In this document: one piece after another, positions 11,904 through 24,030 of the stretch
Numbering within the stretch: the stretch's first letter is position 1
Layout: each line of letters begins with the position of its first letter
NCBI GenBank assembly: GCA_000004695.1
Contig: CM000151.3
Span: 8,288,001 to 8,352,000 of the forward strand
DNA: 64,000 nt
Reading direction: 5' to 3'
Source of the DNA: Dictyostelium discoideum
Taxonomy: Eukaryota
The notes under the pieces: model-generated
Databases searched by the model: none
The model's input: only the letters and a program-made list of their open reading frames with translations
Told to the model about the DNA's origin: nothing
Program-made: the position numbers and the translations under genes

Positions 11904-12982
11904 TATTATTATTAAATATTTTAATATTAATTTTAATTGGATATTATAAAATTTTACTATAAACCCAAATTATATTTAAATTTTTTTATTTTAATTTTAA
12001 TTTTAATTTTAATTGGATATTATGATATTTTACTATAAACCCAAATTGTTATTTTTGTTTATTATTGTTTAAAAAATAAAAAGAATTTTATTTCTGTTGT
12101 GTTTTAATTTTAATTTTATTTTTTTAAATTTCTTCTGTTGTTTTAATTTTAATTTTTTGTTTTTTTTTTTTTTTTGTTTTTTTTTATTTTTATTATTTTT
12201 TTTTTTATATTTTTGTTTTATTTTTATTTTTATTTTAATTTATTTTTTTTTTTTTTTTTTTTAATATATACACAAATAAAAACGAAACAAAAATAAAATA
12301 TAATTAAAAAAAAAAAATAAAATAAAAAAAAAAGAAAACTTTTTATATTAAAAAATAAAAAATAAAAAATAAAATAAAAAAAAAAAAGAAAAAAAAATAA
12401 ATTAAAAAACGGCCACTTCGTAAATTTCTTATTTTAACATGAAATCGTGATACTGGCAATATGAAAAAAAAAATAAAAAAAAAATAAAAAAAAAAAAAAA
12501 GAAAATAATTAAAAAAAAAAAAAAAGATCAAAAAAGAAAAAAAAAGAACCAAACCCCCGTGGCATGGAATAACATTAGGTTTTCACACTTTTAGTAATAA
12601 GAAATCAATTCAATAATAGTAACCCCAATTCCATGGAAAAAAAAAAATAATAAAATAAAAAAAAAAAAAAAATTACACACATACTAATTTAATTAAAAAC
12701 AATCAGAATTCTAATTCTTTGTCTCAAATCATTATTTCATTGAATTAATTAATTAATTTTAACCCATATCTATTCAAAATTTTTATTTTTTATTTTATTT
12801 CTTTATAAAATAAAAAAAAAAAAAAAAAAAATTAAAAAATAAAAAAAAAAAAAAAAAAAAAAAAAAGGAATTTATTTTTTATTTTTTTTTTTTTTTTCAT
12901 TTGATTAATTAAAGAAACGAACTTTTTTTTTCATTATTCAAAAACTTGTACATAATAATCAAATCCTACCTAAACTTCACTG

Positions 12983-13114
<132 letters not shown>

Positions 13115-13217
13115 TATGAACACACATTCTCTCACATAAATATACACTCATTCATTTCCCTTAAAAATAAATACACAATATCACATACACACACATACAA
13201 ACCATATATAATATAAA

Positions 13218-14591
13218 ATGAGTGAACCACCACAACCACCAGGTAAACCAAGTGCAAATGCACCAAAACCGGCACCAAGATTAAAATCAATTAAACCAAC
13301 AACACCAGGTGATGCAAATAAAATTACAACACCAACTATACCATCTATAAAAACTAAAAAAGAATTTAAACCAAATATTCCAACTGCAAGAAAAAAGAAA
13401 GAGTAAACATATGTTATAAATTATTATTATTATTTTTTTTATTTTTTACTAACTTGAAAAAAAAAAAAAAAAAAAAAAAAAAGTGAAAAAGATCCATTAT
13501 CAGGCGCAATTTCGGATTTAATTAGTGCATCATTATCACCATTAGCAGTAGTTGGAGATAGACCAGGAAAACCAAATGCAACATCAAGTGGTAAATTTAG
13601 ATCAAATTTAAATCCAAATAGAAAGAAACCAGCAGCAATACCAATTACAAATTTATTTCAAACACCATTAGTACAGGCGGAAACTCAACAACCTCAATCA
13701 ACCTATGAGATGAATAAGAAAAATGAGAAAAAAGATTCAGATCTTTTAGCACAACTATTTCATGAAATGGAAGTTGACCCAATGCAACCATTTCATCCAA
13801 CACATTTACCATTGGTTGATCCTAGAAAAATTATGAAAGCCTATTCATTGGATGATGCATCAAAAGATTTAAATGAAACTAAACGTGAATTGGAAGAGAA
13901 AATTAAAAATGGTGAATTATCAGATACTACAAACTTTACATTAAATTCAATTGGTTCTGAAGATAATAATAATAATGGCGGTGGTAGTGGTCAAGTTAAG
14001 TTTGTGGAATCTTCAAAAAAAAAGAATAAAGAAATTTCTACTAAAGATAAACCATTCTATGTTGAGGATCAATTTTTAAATAAAGATAAATTGTTTTTCA
14101 TTCAATTACCAAATTTGTTACCTTCAACTCAATCGAAACCAAATTTCAATATACCAAATCCAGTTTTACCACCACCAAAACCAACAACAATTACAAAAAC
14201 TGTTACAAATCCTGATGGTTCAATTACAACTACTACTATACCAATTAATGAAAATACAAAAATTGAAGATCAGCCACCACCACCACCAAAGGAATTAGAT
14301 GAGAAAGCATTCGTACCTGTGATTTATCCTGGTGATTTCCCACCATCAATAAAGGAGATGCCATCTGGTAAATTGGGTACTCTTAAAATTTATAAATCTG
14401 GTAAAAGTATTTTAAAGATTGGTACTGTTGAATATGATATTTCATCTGGTGATAAATTAAAATTTTTAGAAGAAGTTCAATGTTTTCAAACAAAAGGTGG
14501 TCCTGATAATTCACCAACTTGTTATACACTTGGTATACCAAGTCAACATTTAGTTGCTGCTCCAATCATTAGTCAAATTAGTGGTATTTAA
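13218..14591 (+). CDS. DNA-directed RNA polymerase III subunit RPC4-like (Rpc53 family)
   Basis: The exons are 13218..13402 and 13484..14591. The intron is GTAAAC...AAAAAG (81 nt) and contains a TACTAAC branch motif. The join at phase 2 is in frame with ORF 13710. The C-terminal block GKLGTLKIYKSGKSILKIGTVEYDISSGDKLKFLEEVQCFQTKGG...TLGIPSQHLV parallels the conserved RPC4 tail (GKL-IRKSG-V-L-LG-V-LDV--G--C-FLQE). The N-terminal part is Pro-rich and basic. Confidence 0.5.
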
Positions 14592-14903
14592 ATAATAATA
14601 AAAAAAATAAATAAAAAAATAATAAAAAAAAGAATAAAAAAAAAGAATTCAAAAATAAAAAAGGAAATCTAATAATCAATGATTATTAAATTTTTCAGAA
14701 TTTCGTATAAAAATTATACGCTTTTGGCTTTTAAAAAATCTTTTTTTTTTTAATTTTTTTTTTTTTTTTTTTTTCAATTTTTATTTATTTTTCATTTTTT
14801 TTTTTTTTTTTTTTTTTTAAGGTGTGTTGTGTTTTTATTTTTTAATTTTTTTTTAATTTTTTTTTTTTTTTTTTGTATTGAATTATTATATAAAATTTTT
14901 AAA

Positions 14904-15591
14904 ATGTTAAAGAAATTTTTAATTTCAAGTATTGTTAAACCAACATTTCAAAGTAGAATTATAGCATCAACAACATTAAATGGTGGTGCAGGTAGAGCAA
15001 CATTTTGTTCAGTTAATAGTATTAATCCAAATCCAACAGCAAGTCAAATTAAAGTTGATCAAGAAGATTTAGAAGTTGGTGAACATCTTGTTATTGATGA
15101 TCCAAATCAACAACATATTAAATCATTTTTAAATGGTGTTGAATTTAATGGTAAATCAGTAAACATCTATAGACCATCAAGAAATACAATGCAAACTGGT
15201 ACACTTCGTACAAAGAAATGGGTCATTGAATTACCTTTTAATCCAAAATGGAATGATCGTTTAATGGGTTGGTGGGCTTCAAAAGATACTCTTAATCAAT
15301 TAAATTTAAGATTTAATTCTGAAACTGATGCTGTTGCATATTGTAAAGAAATTGGTGTGTATTTTAAATTTAAATTTAATTTAATTGTTAATTTAATTTA
15401 ATTGTTAATTTAATTTAATTGTTTATTAATTTATTAATTAATTATTATGATTTTAAATTGAAATTATAGGTTTAAATTATAATATTGTCGAAGAAGATGT
15501 CACATTAAGAAAGAAGAAGAAATATGGTCACAGATTCAGATATAGAGGTGATTTAGTAGGTGAAAAAGAAAGAGAAGTTGGTATTAATTAA
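14904..15591 (+). CDS. ndufs4: NADH dehydrogenase [ubiquinone] iron-sulfur protein 4 (complex I 18 kDa/AQDQ subunit), mitochondrial
   Basis: The exons are 14904..15354 and 15470..15591, joined at phase 1 over a 115-nt intron (GTGTGT...TATAG) that holds a 17-bp tandem repeat. The product MLKKFLISSIVKPTFQSRIIAST... has a presequence. The segment ...IYRPSRNTMQTGTLRTKKWVIELPFNPKWNDRLMGWWASKDTLNQLNLRFNSETDAVAYCKEIG|LNYNIVEED...KYGHRFRYRG matches NDUFS4 (ARNNMQSG--KKW--EF---W-NPLMGW-S--DPL-N--L-F---E-A--FAEKNGW-Y-I-E). Confidence 0.8.
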
Positions 15592-15965
15592 AAATGTTTA
15601 CAACACTTTTAAAAATTTAATAATATAATAATATAATAAATAATAATAAATAATAATATTGTGGTAGATTGGAGCCATTATTATTATTTTCAAAGAAAAA
15701 AAAAAAAAAAAAAAAAAAAGTAAAATAAAAAGTAATAAAAAAAAATAAAAAAAAAAGTATAAAATAATAAAAGTATACAGTACATTATAATCGATTAAAA
15801 AATTATTATCGTTATTTCATCAAAGTTTTTTTATTTATTTTAATTTTAGTGTGTTTATTTTATTTTTTAGAGTTGGATAACTTCCACAATTACTTTTTAT
15901 TTTGTAAAAGGGTTAATATTTGTATTATTAGTTGGGAGGGAATGAAAAAAAAAAAAAAAAAAAAT

Positions 15966-16012
15966 ACAGTTGACGGGGGGTTTCTTAGAAGAATTGCTGT
16001 AAGGTCAACTTA
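15966..16012 (-). ncRNA. Class I ncRNA gene (dictyostelid-specific small RNA), copy 1
   Basis: The minus strand reads AAGTTGACCTTACAGCAATTCTTCTAAGAAACCCCCCGTCAACTGT. The 5' stem GTTGAC pairs with the 3' GTCAAC, and is immediately followed by the conserved 11-nt motif CCTTACAGCAA. A TGTG box (AAATGTGAAAA) lies about 25-35 nt upstream on minus, at plus 16035-16045. A DUSE-like TTCCACAA lies about 90 nt upstream, at plus 16102-16109. The RNA would be about 47 nt. Confidence 0.55.
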
Positions 16013-16122
16013 ATTATGTGGTAAATGTATTTTTTTTTTTTCACATTTAAAAAAAAGGATTATTAATAAATTATTTAAGAATTTTTAAACAAAAAATAAT
16101 TTTGTGGAATAACTGATCTCTG

Positions 16123-16164
<42 letters not shown>

Positions 16165-16314
16165 ATGTTTGGGTCTATTAAAAAAAAATTTTTTTTTTGT
16201 TGGTTTATTTATGTTTAGCCATTAATGGCAATATATCTTTTTTTTATTTTTTTTTTTATTTTTTTTGTTTTTTTTTCACCCATAATCAGAAAAAAAAAAA
16301 AAATAAAATAATAG

Positions 16315-16372
16315 ACAGTTGACAGGGGGTTTTCTTTTTATGTAGAGAATGAATTGCTGTAAGGTCAACTTA
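16315..16372 (-). ncRNA. Class I ncRNA gene, copy 2
   Basis: The minus strand reads AAGTTGACCTTACAGCAATTCATTCTCTACATAAAAAGAAAACCCCCTGTCAACTGTCT, about 58 nt. It has the same stem and the same CCTTACAGCAA motif. A TGTG box AAATGTGAAAAG lies upstream at plus 16393-16404. A perfect DUSE TCCCACAA lies about 83 nt upstream at plus 16454-16461. Confidence 0.55.
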
Positions 16373-16769
16373 ATTGTTTTATGATTACTTTTCACATTTT
16401 CTCATTTAATTTAAAAATAATATATTTCCCAATTTTATAAATAAAAAAAAAATTTGTGGGATAAATAATAATAAAACAACCAAGTTCCATTCTTATAAAA
16501 TTACCAAATATTCAAGTTTTGCAAACTTTTTTTTTTTTTTTTATTCAATGGCTTTTTTTTTTTTATTACTTTTTTTATTATTACTTTTTTTTATTGATTA
16601 ATTATTTTTTTTTATTTTATTTTAATTTTATTTTTATTTTTTATTTTTTATTTAAAGAATTCTTTTTTAAAGTCATCGATTTTGGTATTGAAAAATGGAA
16701 ATAAAAAAAAATATAAAAAAAAAAATAAATATAAATGTACTAATGCCTTGAATTTAAAGTGAAATCCTA

Positions 16770-16800
<31 letters not shown>

Positions 16801-17620
16801 GAATTTAATATATTTTTTTTATAAAAAAAAAAAAACCAAATTCACTGTAAAAAAATTAAATCAGAATATATCTCAATTTTTTGATCAATCAAATAAAAAA
16901 TATATAAAAAAGAAATAAAGTTAAAACACAATCTTAACTAAATTTGCTGATTTTGGAAATGTGTGTAGATTCCACAAATTTTTTAAAAAAAATGAATAAA
17001 AAAAATGAAAAATTAAAAAAACTATGTAAAAAATTTAGTGACTTTTTACATAACTTTTTTTTTTTGTGGCCAACCGAATGTTTTTTTTTTTTTAAAAAAT
17101 TTTCAGTTTCGCTAACACTCAACAAAATAATTTTTATGACTTTTTTGAGGTCTTTTTTCAATCGTAATCAATAAAATGGTAATATCACATTAAATTTTAT
17201 ATGTAGAAATATACATACAAAGAAAAAAAAAAAAAAATAAAAAAAAAAATAAAATAAAATAATTGTTTATTTTATTCTCTTCTCTAAATATTTGCAATGA
17301 ATAATTACTTTGAAAAAAAAAAAATAATAATAATAATAAAATAAATAAATAAATAAAAAATAAATAAATAAAAAAAATAATAAAAAGTTGGAAAAAAAAA
17401 TAAATTAAGAAATCATTTATAGAAAATTAGCACAGATAAACAGCATTAGAAAAAAAAAAAAAAAAAAAAAAAAAAATGATAAAGGAAATATTATAAAAAA
17501 AAATAAAAAAAAAAAAGACAACCAAAACGAAGAAAAAAAAAAATACGAAAAAAAAAAAAAGTTTAAAATTTTCAATTTTTTTTTTTTTTTCATTTATCGA
17601 ATTTTTCTCAACAAATAGAA

Positions 17621-18165
17621 ATGGTACAGTAGTAGTATTAGTAGGAGATTTTAGTTATTCATTGCAATTTAGATAAGAGGAAAAATAAAAAAAAGAGAGA
17701 GATAATTTTTTTTTTTTTAATCTTTAGTGTATTTTTTAAAAAATTACTGTAAAAAAAAGATCACATTATTAATTGTAATAATAATTTTTTTTTTATATCA
17801 ATAAATAATTAGGCTAAAGAACGTGGTGATTTATTATTCCCAAGCATCGAATCCGAAAAACGTAAACATAAATTAAAGAGATTGGTCCAAGCACCAAACT
17901 CCTTCTTTATGGATATCAACTGTCACGGTTGTAGAACCATCACTACCGTTTTCTCACACGTAAGTTTTCTTGAAATAATAATAAAAAAATAATACTAAGA
18001 ACTTTGAAACTAATATATAATTTTTTTATTTTATTTTTTTAAATTACACTATAATAGGCCCAAAACGTTGTCATTTGCAGTTCATGTTCAACTGTTATTG
18101 CTCAACCAACTGGTGGTCGTGCTAGAATCACTGCCGGTTGTCGTTTAAGACAAAAATCCGACTAA
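17621..18165 (+). CDS. rps27: 40S ribosomal protein S27 (eS27)
   Basis: The exons are 17621..17623 (ATG only, donor GTACAG), 17813..17959 and 18058..18165. The introns end TAATTAG and AATAG. The product M|[49 protein letters not shown]|[35 protein letters not shown] is 85 aa. It has the C4 zinc-finger C-x2-C...C-x2-C and near-identity to eS27 over 80 aa. The single-codon first exon is the least certain part. Confidence 0.75.
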
Positions 18166-18698
18166 GGTTACCGTCCAATCGCACCAACGCTTTCAATTTT
18201 TTTTTTAATAGAAAATAAACAATAAAAAAAAATGCTATGTGCAGAGTAATAATATAATATGTATATAGAATTTTATATATAAACTTTTTATTTTTTATTT
18301 TTTTTTTGCTTTTTATTTTTTTATTTTATTTTATTTCATTATGTTTTTATTTATTTATATACCAAACCAAGGATCCTATATATATAATTTGAACTTTTTT
18401 TTTTTCTTTATATAAGGGAGAGAGAGGTTTTTGTGTTTTTTTTTTCAATTTTAATAAAATTTTATTTTGGTAATATTAAAAAAGTTAGATTATTAATAAT
18501 AAAACAATATAATACAAATAATAAACAATTAAATAATACTTTTTTTTATTTTTTTATTTTTTTTATTTTTTTATTTTCATTTTTTTTTCGTTTTTTTTTT
18601 TTTTCTTTTTAGCGAATCTGTGAAAATTTTTTTTTTTGATTAATTTTTCATATCTATTATTTTTTTATTATTATTTTTTTTTTTTTTTTGAATGAAGA

Positions 18699-18884
18699 AT
18701 GAACACAATTCCAAAATTAAAAAATGCAACTAAAACTATTTTATTATCAAATAGTTTTAAACTTTATGATAATAGTATAATCACTAGTTATCATTCAAAT
18801 ATAACACAAAATTATCAAAAATCTTATTTTGGCAATTATAGAAAGATTAATAATAATAATAATAATAATAATAGTAATAATCAT

Positions 18885-18948
<64 letters not shown>

Positions 18949-18991
18949 GTAATAGTAATAATAATAATAATAATAATAAATATAATAATAA

Positions 18992-19090
<99 letters not shown>

Positions 19091-19291
19091 TAATAATAAT
19101 AATAAAATTAGTTATGAATCTTCACTTTCAAGAAAACAGGTTTTCTTAGAAGAAATAGATCAAGAATTAAGAAAAAAAATTTTTTCAGAAAAGATGGAAT
19201 TGACAACACCAAAGAATTTAATTAAAGTTGTAAAACATTTAGATATTGTATTAAATATAATTAATAATGGTGAACATTCCTTTGATAAGTA

Positions 19292-19381
<90 letters not shown>

Positions 19382-22321
19382 TAATTAATTTATATATTTA
19401 TTTTACTAATATATATATATATATATATATATATTTTATTTTTTTTTTTTTTAAAAAAAAAAAGAATAATTTTCCTTAGAAAATTAACAGATTATAATAT
19501 TGAACATGCAAAAGCATTATTTGATACAATTAAATGGAATGAAAAAAATAAAACACCACAATTTTTAAGATTCTTTATTGAAGAATTTAAAGATGATGAT
19601 AAATATTTATCATTAGTTTTGGAATACCATGGTGAACAGTTGATGACAAGTACGGGGATATCAATTGTAATGGATCATTATATGAGAGTTGGAAAAAAAG
19701 AAGAATTAAGAAAATTGATTGAATCAGTGGTGATTTCAAATAAGATGGCAGAATTTCCAGCGATATACGAACCATTAATTAAATCATGTTTATATTTAGA
19801 TGATCATGAATCTGCATTATCATTTTACAATAGAATATTGTCAACACCACAAAGATTGAATCATGCACCATTTAACTATTTCTTAAATTATTATTTGGAT
19901 AAGGATAGCGAAGATGGGGTGAGCAAATCGGTAAACTTCTTTTTAAGATTCATTAAATCTGTGCCACAATTTATAACTACTGAATCATTTTGCAATTACA
20001 TTGGTAGATTATTGAATGTGTATTTACCAAGTCAGGGTTTCATTGGTAGACCTGTCGTAGAGGATTTATTAAGTATGCTTCAAAAGCGTGCTTTCATTAC
20101 ATCGAATAACGTTTACCTAGCTTTAATACTCCATTTGGTACGTGATGATGTCAATCAAAAAGAATTTGCTCATCAAATCTATATGGAAATTATAAAACCC
20201 GAACATTCAGATCCACTAAAAAATCATCGAAAAATAATTAAATATTTAATAAAAGCTAATCAACCAAATGAATTAAAAGAATTATTAAATAAAATTAAAG
20301 AAAAACAAAAAGAAGCTTTATTAAAAAATGCATTATTAATTGAACAACAACAATTAAAACAACAACAACAACAACAACAAGTACAAAATCAAGAATTCGA
20401 TAATATTTCAGAAATACAAAAAAATAATAATTCAATACAAATTGATCAATTTGCAATGTGGTTTCCATTAACACAATTATTATTAGAATTTGGACAAAAA
20501 CATAATAATGATTTTGAAATTTATGAAGAGTCATTAAAGAATGCTGATCAAAGACATTTACATATATTATTATTTTATAATGAAATGGTTGGTAATAGTG
20601 AATTGGTTTCAGTGATTGAGAATTATTTAGAAAGAAAAAATGTATATTTATTATCATCAACATTATCAAAATTAATTCAATGGTATTTAGCATTTGATCG
20701 TTATCATTTAGCACTATATTGGTTAAGTAAAAAGATTTCAACTTATAATTCTGCAGCTTCACCAATTTTAATGACTTATTTTAAACAATTCTCTGAAAGT
20801 AATAAAAATCAATCAGAATTAGTTAAATTTTGGAATAATCATATTTTAGTTTATCCAATTCAAAAAGATAATAATAATAATACTCAACAATTTTCAGAAG
20901 ATGATAATTTAATAAAAAATCAAAATGAAGAAGATGGTGAAGAAGAACAACAACAACAAGTAGGAGTAGATGAAAGTGTAACAAAAATAAAAACAATGAC
21001 AGATAATGATAAAATAAATATTAATAATGATAATATAATTAGAATTGGTGAAACTAAAAAATTGATAGCAATTAAAAGTCAATTTGAAACTAGAGAAGAT
21101 ATAAAGAATAGTTGGGAACAGTTAGCAACATTTTTAACAAATGTAAAGACATTGGAAGAGGTTAAAGAATCTACTAATTTACCATTTAGTTTAAAAATTC
21201 AAAAAGCATGCACTGATGAAGATGCCGATAGAATCATTGAGATTTTAGAAGAGCATTTCGAACAATCAACCATTCCAACACATAATGCATTATTGGTTGC
21301 ATATATAACACTTGGTAGAATCGATTTAGAGAAATACATATTCCTATTGAACAAAACTCCAAGACATATTCGTAACATTGTTTATGATCCAAGTATTTAT
21401 GAAAAAATACTTGAAATGGATTTCGATATGGGTATTAATATTCTATCAAAAGAGAGTTCAACAATACTACAATCTCATACAACTTATAATTTAATATTGA
21501 AAGCGTGTTGTAATATCAACCAAACTGAATTGGCTTCAATGATAGTTGCCAGAATGATTGGATCAAAAAGGATCATTGTTCATTCTGAATTATATTTACA
21601 AACAATGTTTAAAAATGGCTTACATAATCATGCTGTCGTTAAAAATTTAAAAAATGTTTTGATTTCTTATGGCACAAAGGTTTCTCAAACATTATGTAAT
21701 ATGGAGATATTGGCATTCTTGGAGAATGGTGAACTTGATGATGCTTTGGCTATTTTCACCGCGTCACCAAAGGATATTGAATCTTTGAGATTGGGTTTAA
21801 AAATTTATAGTAAAATGTATCCAATCCCTCCATTGTCAAATTTACATAATTGGACTCCATTGTTAAATATTCAACATAATTTGAAATCTTCAATTTTCAC
21901 AGAATATCTTTATAGATATTTATATGAAAAAGATTTACAACATTTAATTGTTAAATTATATGAAAAAACTACTATGGATCCTTCAGTTGAAATCTCTCCA
22001 ATGGAGTTACATTATGCATTATTTTCAACAGCTAATAAAAACAAACTTTTCCAAGTTTTCCTAAGTTATCGTGGTAATCAAATTACACAAGAATCTTTTG
22101 ATCTCATAAAAACTGTAAATCAAACTCTAAAAGTTGAAGAGGTTAAAAATAAACTTTCAAAACTTATTATTGCACCCAATATAAAAGATACACCAACAAC
22201 CAAACCAATCACTCATGAAACTAAAGAATTTTTAATTTTCAATTTCACTCCATATTTAAAAAATCAAAAATTAAAAAGACAATCTTTAGCTGATGAAACT
22301 TTATCAAATTCAACTAAATAA
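18699..22321 (+). CDS. mitochondrially targeted helical-repeat protein (PPR/PTCD-like) with an Asn tract of more than 100 residues
   Basis: The exons are 18699..19288 and 19465..22321. The intron is GTAATT...AAAAAG (176 nt, contains (TTA)n and (TA)n), and the phase-2 join is in frame with ORF 19619. The N-terminus MNTIPKLKNATKTILLSNSFKLY resembles a presequence. The downstream roughly 900 aa are predicted all-helical, with degenerate 35-aa periodicity. The functional call is weak. Confidence 0.45.
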
Positions 22322-22378
22322 AACAAACAAACAAACAAACAAACAAACAAACAAACAAACAAACAAACAAACAAACAA
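22322..22378. repeat. (ACAA)n microsatellite immediately after the stop codon
   Basis: aacaaacaaacaaac... has 14 units. Confidence 0.95.
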
Positions 22379-22858
22379 ATAAATAATAAATAAATAATAA
22401 ATGATAAATAATAATAAATAAAAAAAAAATAAAAAAAAAATAAAAAAAAAAAAAATAAATAAAAGTATTAAATTAAACTTTTTTTTTTTAAAAAAAATAT
22501 TATACATATATTTTATTTATTTGTTTTTTTTTTTTTTTAAATTATTTAATAATCTTTTTGAATCTATTGTGATAATAATAATAAAAAAAAAAAAAAAGTT
22601 TTTACTCTTTTTTTTTTTTGATTCAGATTTATTTTTTTATATTGAATGTTATTTTTTACCTCAATTATATTTTTTTTTTAAATATTTGTGTGTGTCTGTG
22701 TTTGTTTGAGGGCGTTTTTTTTTTTTTTTTTTATTTAATTAAATATAATTTAAATATAATTTAAATAATTTTTTTGAACTCTCATTCATTTTTTTTTTTA
22801 TAATATTTTTTTTTTTTTTTTATTTTTCAAAAAAAAAAACTACTTTATTATTTATAAA

Positions 22859-23326
22859 ATGTTAAGTAAAGAGGAGGAAGAAATAAATAAAGTACGATTT
22901 GAAAATTATATTAAAAAATTAATTGATAATGGATTTTTTAAATGTGGAATAATCGATATTGATAGTGGTGATATGATATGTATTAGTGAAGAATTTAATG
23001 TTTGTTATGTAGAATATCAAGAGATTTTAAATTTATTTAATGGCTCTTCATCAATTAGTTTATTAATAAATGGTGATAGATATTATGTTAATACTTCAGA
23101 TGATATTAGAATTCAAGGTAAAACAACTTTAAAATCAAGTGGTAATACTTCGACTATAAATGGTTTACAATCTTTAATTATAAGAAGAACTAAAGGAAAA
23201 TGTGTAATAGGTGTTTATAAAGAAAATCAAACTAAAGAATTGGCCGAAAAATACATTGAAGAAATTATAGATGATATAACAAAATTAAATGAAAATGAAA
23301 ATATTTCAAATTTAATTGAAGAATAA
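22859..23326 (+). CDS. profilin-like protein (divergent, N-terminally extended)
   Basis: It is a single exon of 155 aa. Its order VRFENYIKKLIDNGFFKCGIIDIDSGDMICIS...EYQEILNLFNGS...LINGDRYYVNTSDDIRIQGKTTLKSSG...SLIIRRTKGKCVIGVYKENQTKELAEKYIEEIIDDI follows the profilin fold: N-helix WQ-YVD--L, then G-KY--I-GD---I-GKKG--G....RT-QA--VG-YD, then C-helix. Confidence 0.45.
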   Translation: MLSKEEEEINKVRFENYIKKLIDNGFFKCGIIDIDSGDMICISEEFNVCYVEYQEILNLFNGSSSISLLINGDRYYVNTSDDIRIQGKTTLKSSGNTSTINGLQSLIIRRTKGKCVIGVYKENQTKELAEKYIEEIIDDITKLNENENISNLIEE

Positions 23327-23369
23327 TTAATAAAAAATAATATTTTCTAAAAATAATTAATAAATAAAT

Positions 23370-23407
<38 letters not shown>

Positions 23408-23748
23408 ATAATTAAACAAAAATAAAATTTTTTATAAATAGCTTATTTTTAAAAATTACATATGTAATATATGGTTATTAATAATTAAAAATAAAAAAAA
23501 TTTAAAAAAAGGGGTAATTTTCTATATAAAGAAAAAAAAAAACAAAAAAAAAAACAAAAAAAAAAAAAAATAATAACGAATTTTCATTATGGTGAGAACC
23601 ACATACATATGTGGTTTTTGGGTTTTTATAATATTAATCAATGATTTTAGCACATTTTCAGTATAGGTTCCTTTTTTTATTTTTTTTAAAAATAAAAATT
23701 AAATAAAAAGATTGTTAACAATTTACTTAATTTTTTTAATTTGTTTAG

Positions 23749-23783
<35 letters not shown>

Positions 23784-24030
23784 TAAAAATGTTTATGAAT
23801 AAAATTATAAAAATAAAAAAAAAAAAAAAATTAATTATTTTTTTCAAAATTTCATACATTTTATTTTTAAAAAATTAAATATTAATAGATATTTGTTATT
23901 TTTAAAATTAAAAACAAAACAAAAATAAAAATATAAAAAAAAATAATTTATTTTAAACAAACCACTCTATAATATATTTATTTGTTTACCCAAAAAAAAA
24001 AAAAAAAAATTTTTTAAAAAAAAAAAAAAA

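Noticed and set aside
11532-11915. Plus-strand 127-aa ORF rich in V/L/M/C
   Set aside because: It is the antisense of the Pro/Ser/Thr-rich minus-strand gene, and its composition mirrors that gene.
12343-12552. 69-aa poly-Phe ORF
   Set aside because: It is a translation of an intergenic A/T homopolymer.
12400-12640. Non-AT-rich island with a CATGGAAT...ATTCCATG inverted repeat; considered as an snRNA or other ncRNA gene
   Set aside because: I could not match U1-U6 or 7SL conserved boxes and found no DUSE or TGTG box nearby. It is probably promoter-proximal sequence of the RPC4-like gene.
16519-17174. Several 60-76-aa ORFs on both strands
   Set aside because: They are all poly-F/K/L translations of AT-rich intergenic sequence between the Class I RNA loci and rps27.
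18829-19479. Poly-Ile, poly-Leu and poly-Tyr ORFs
   Set aside because: They are alternative-frame and antisense readings of the (AAT)n tract inside the PPR-like gene and of the (TTA)n intron.
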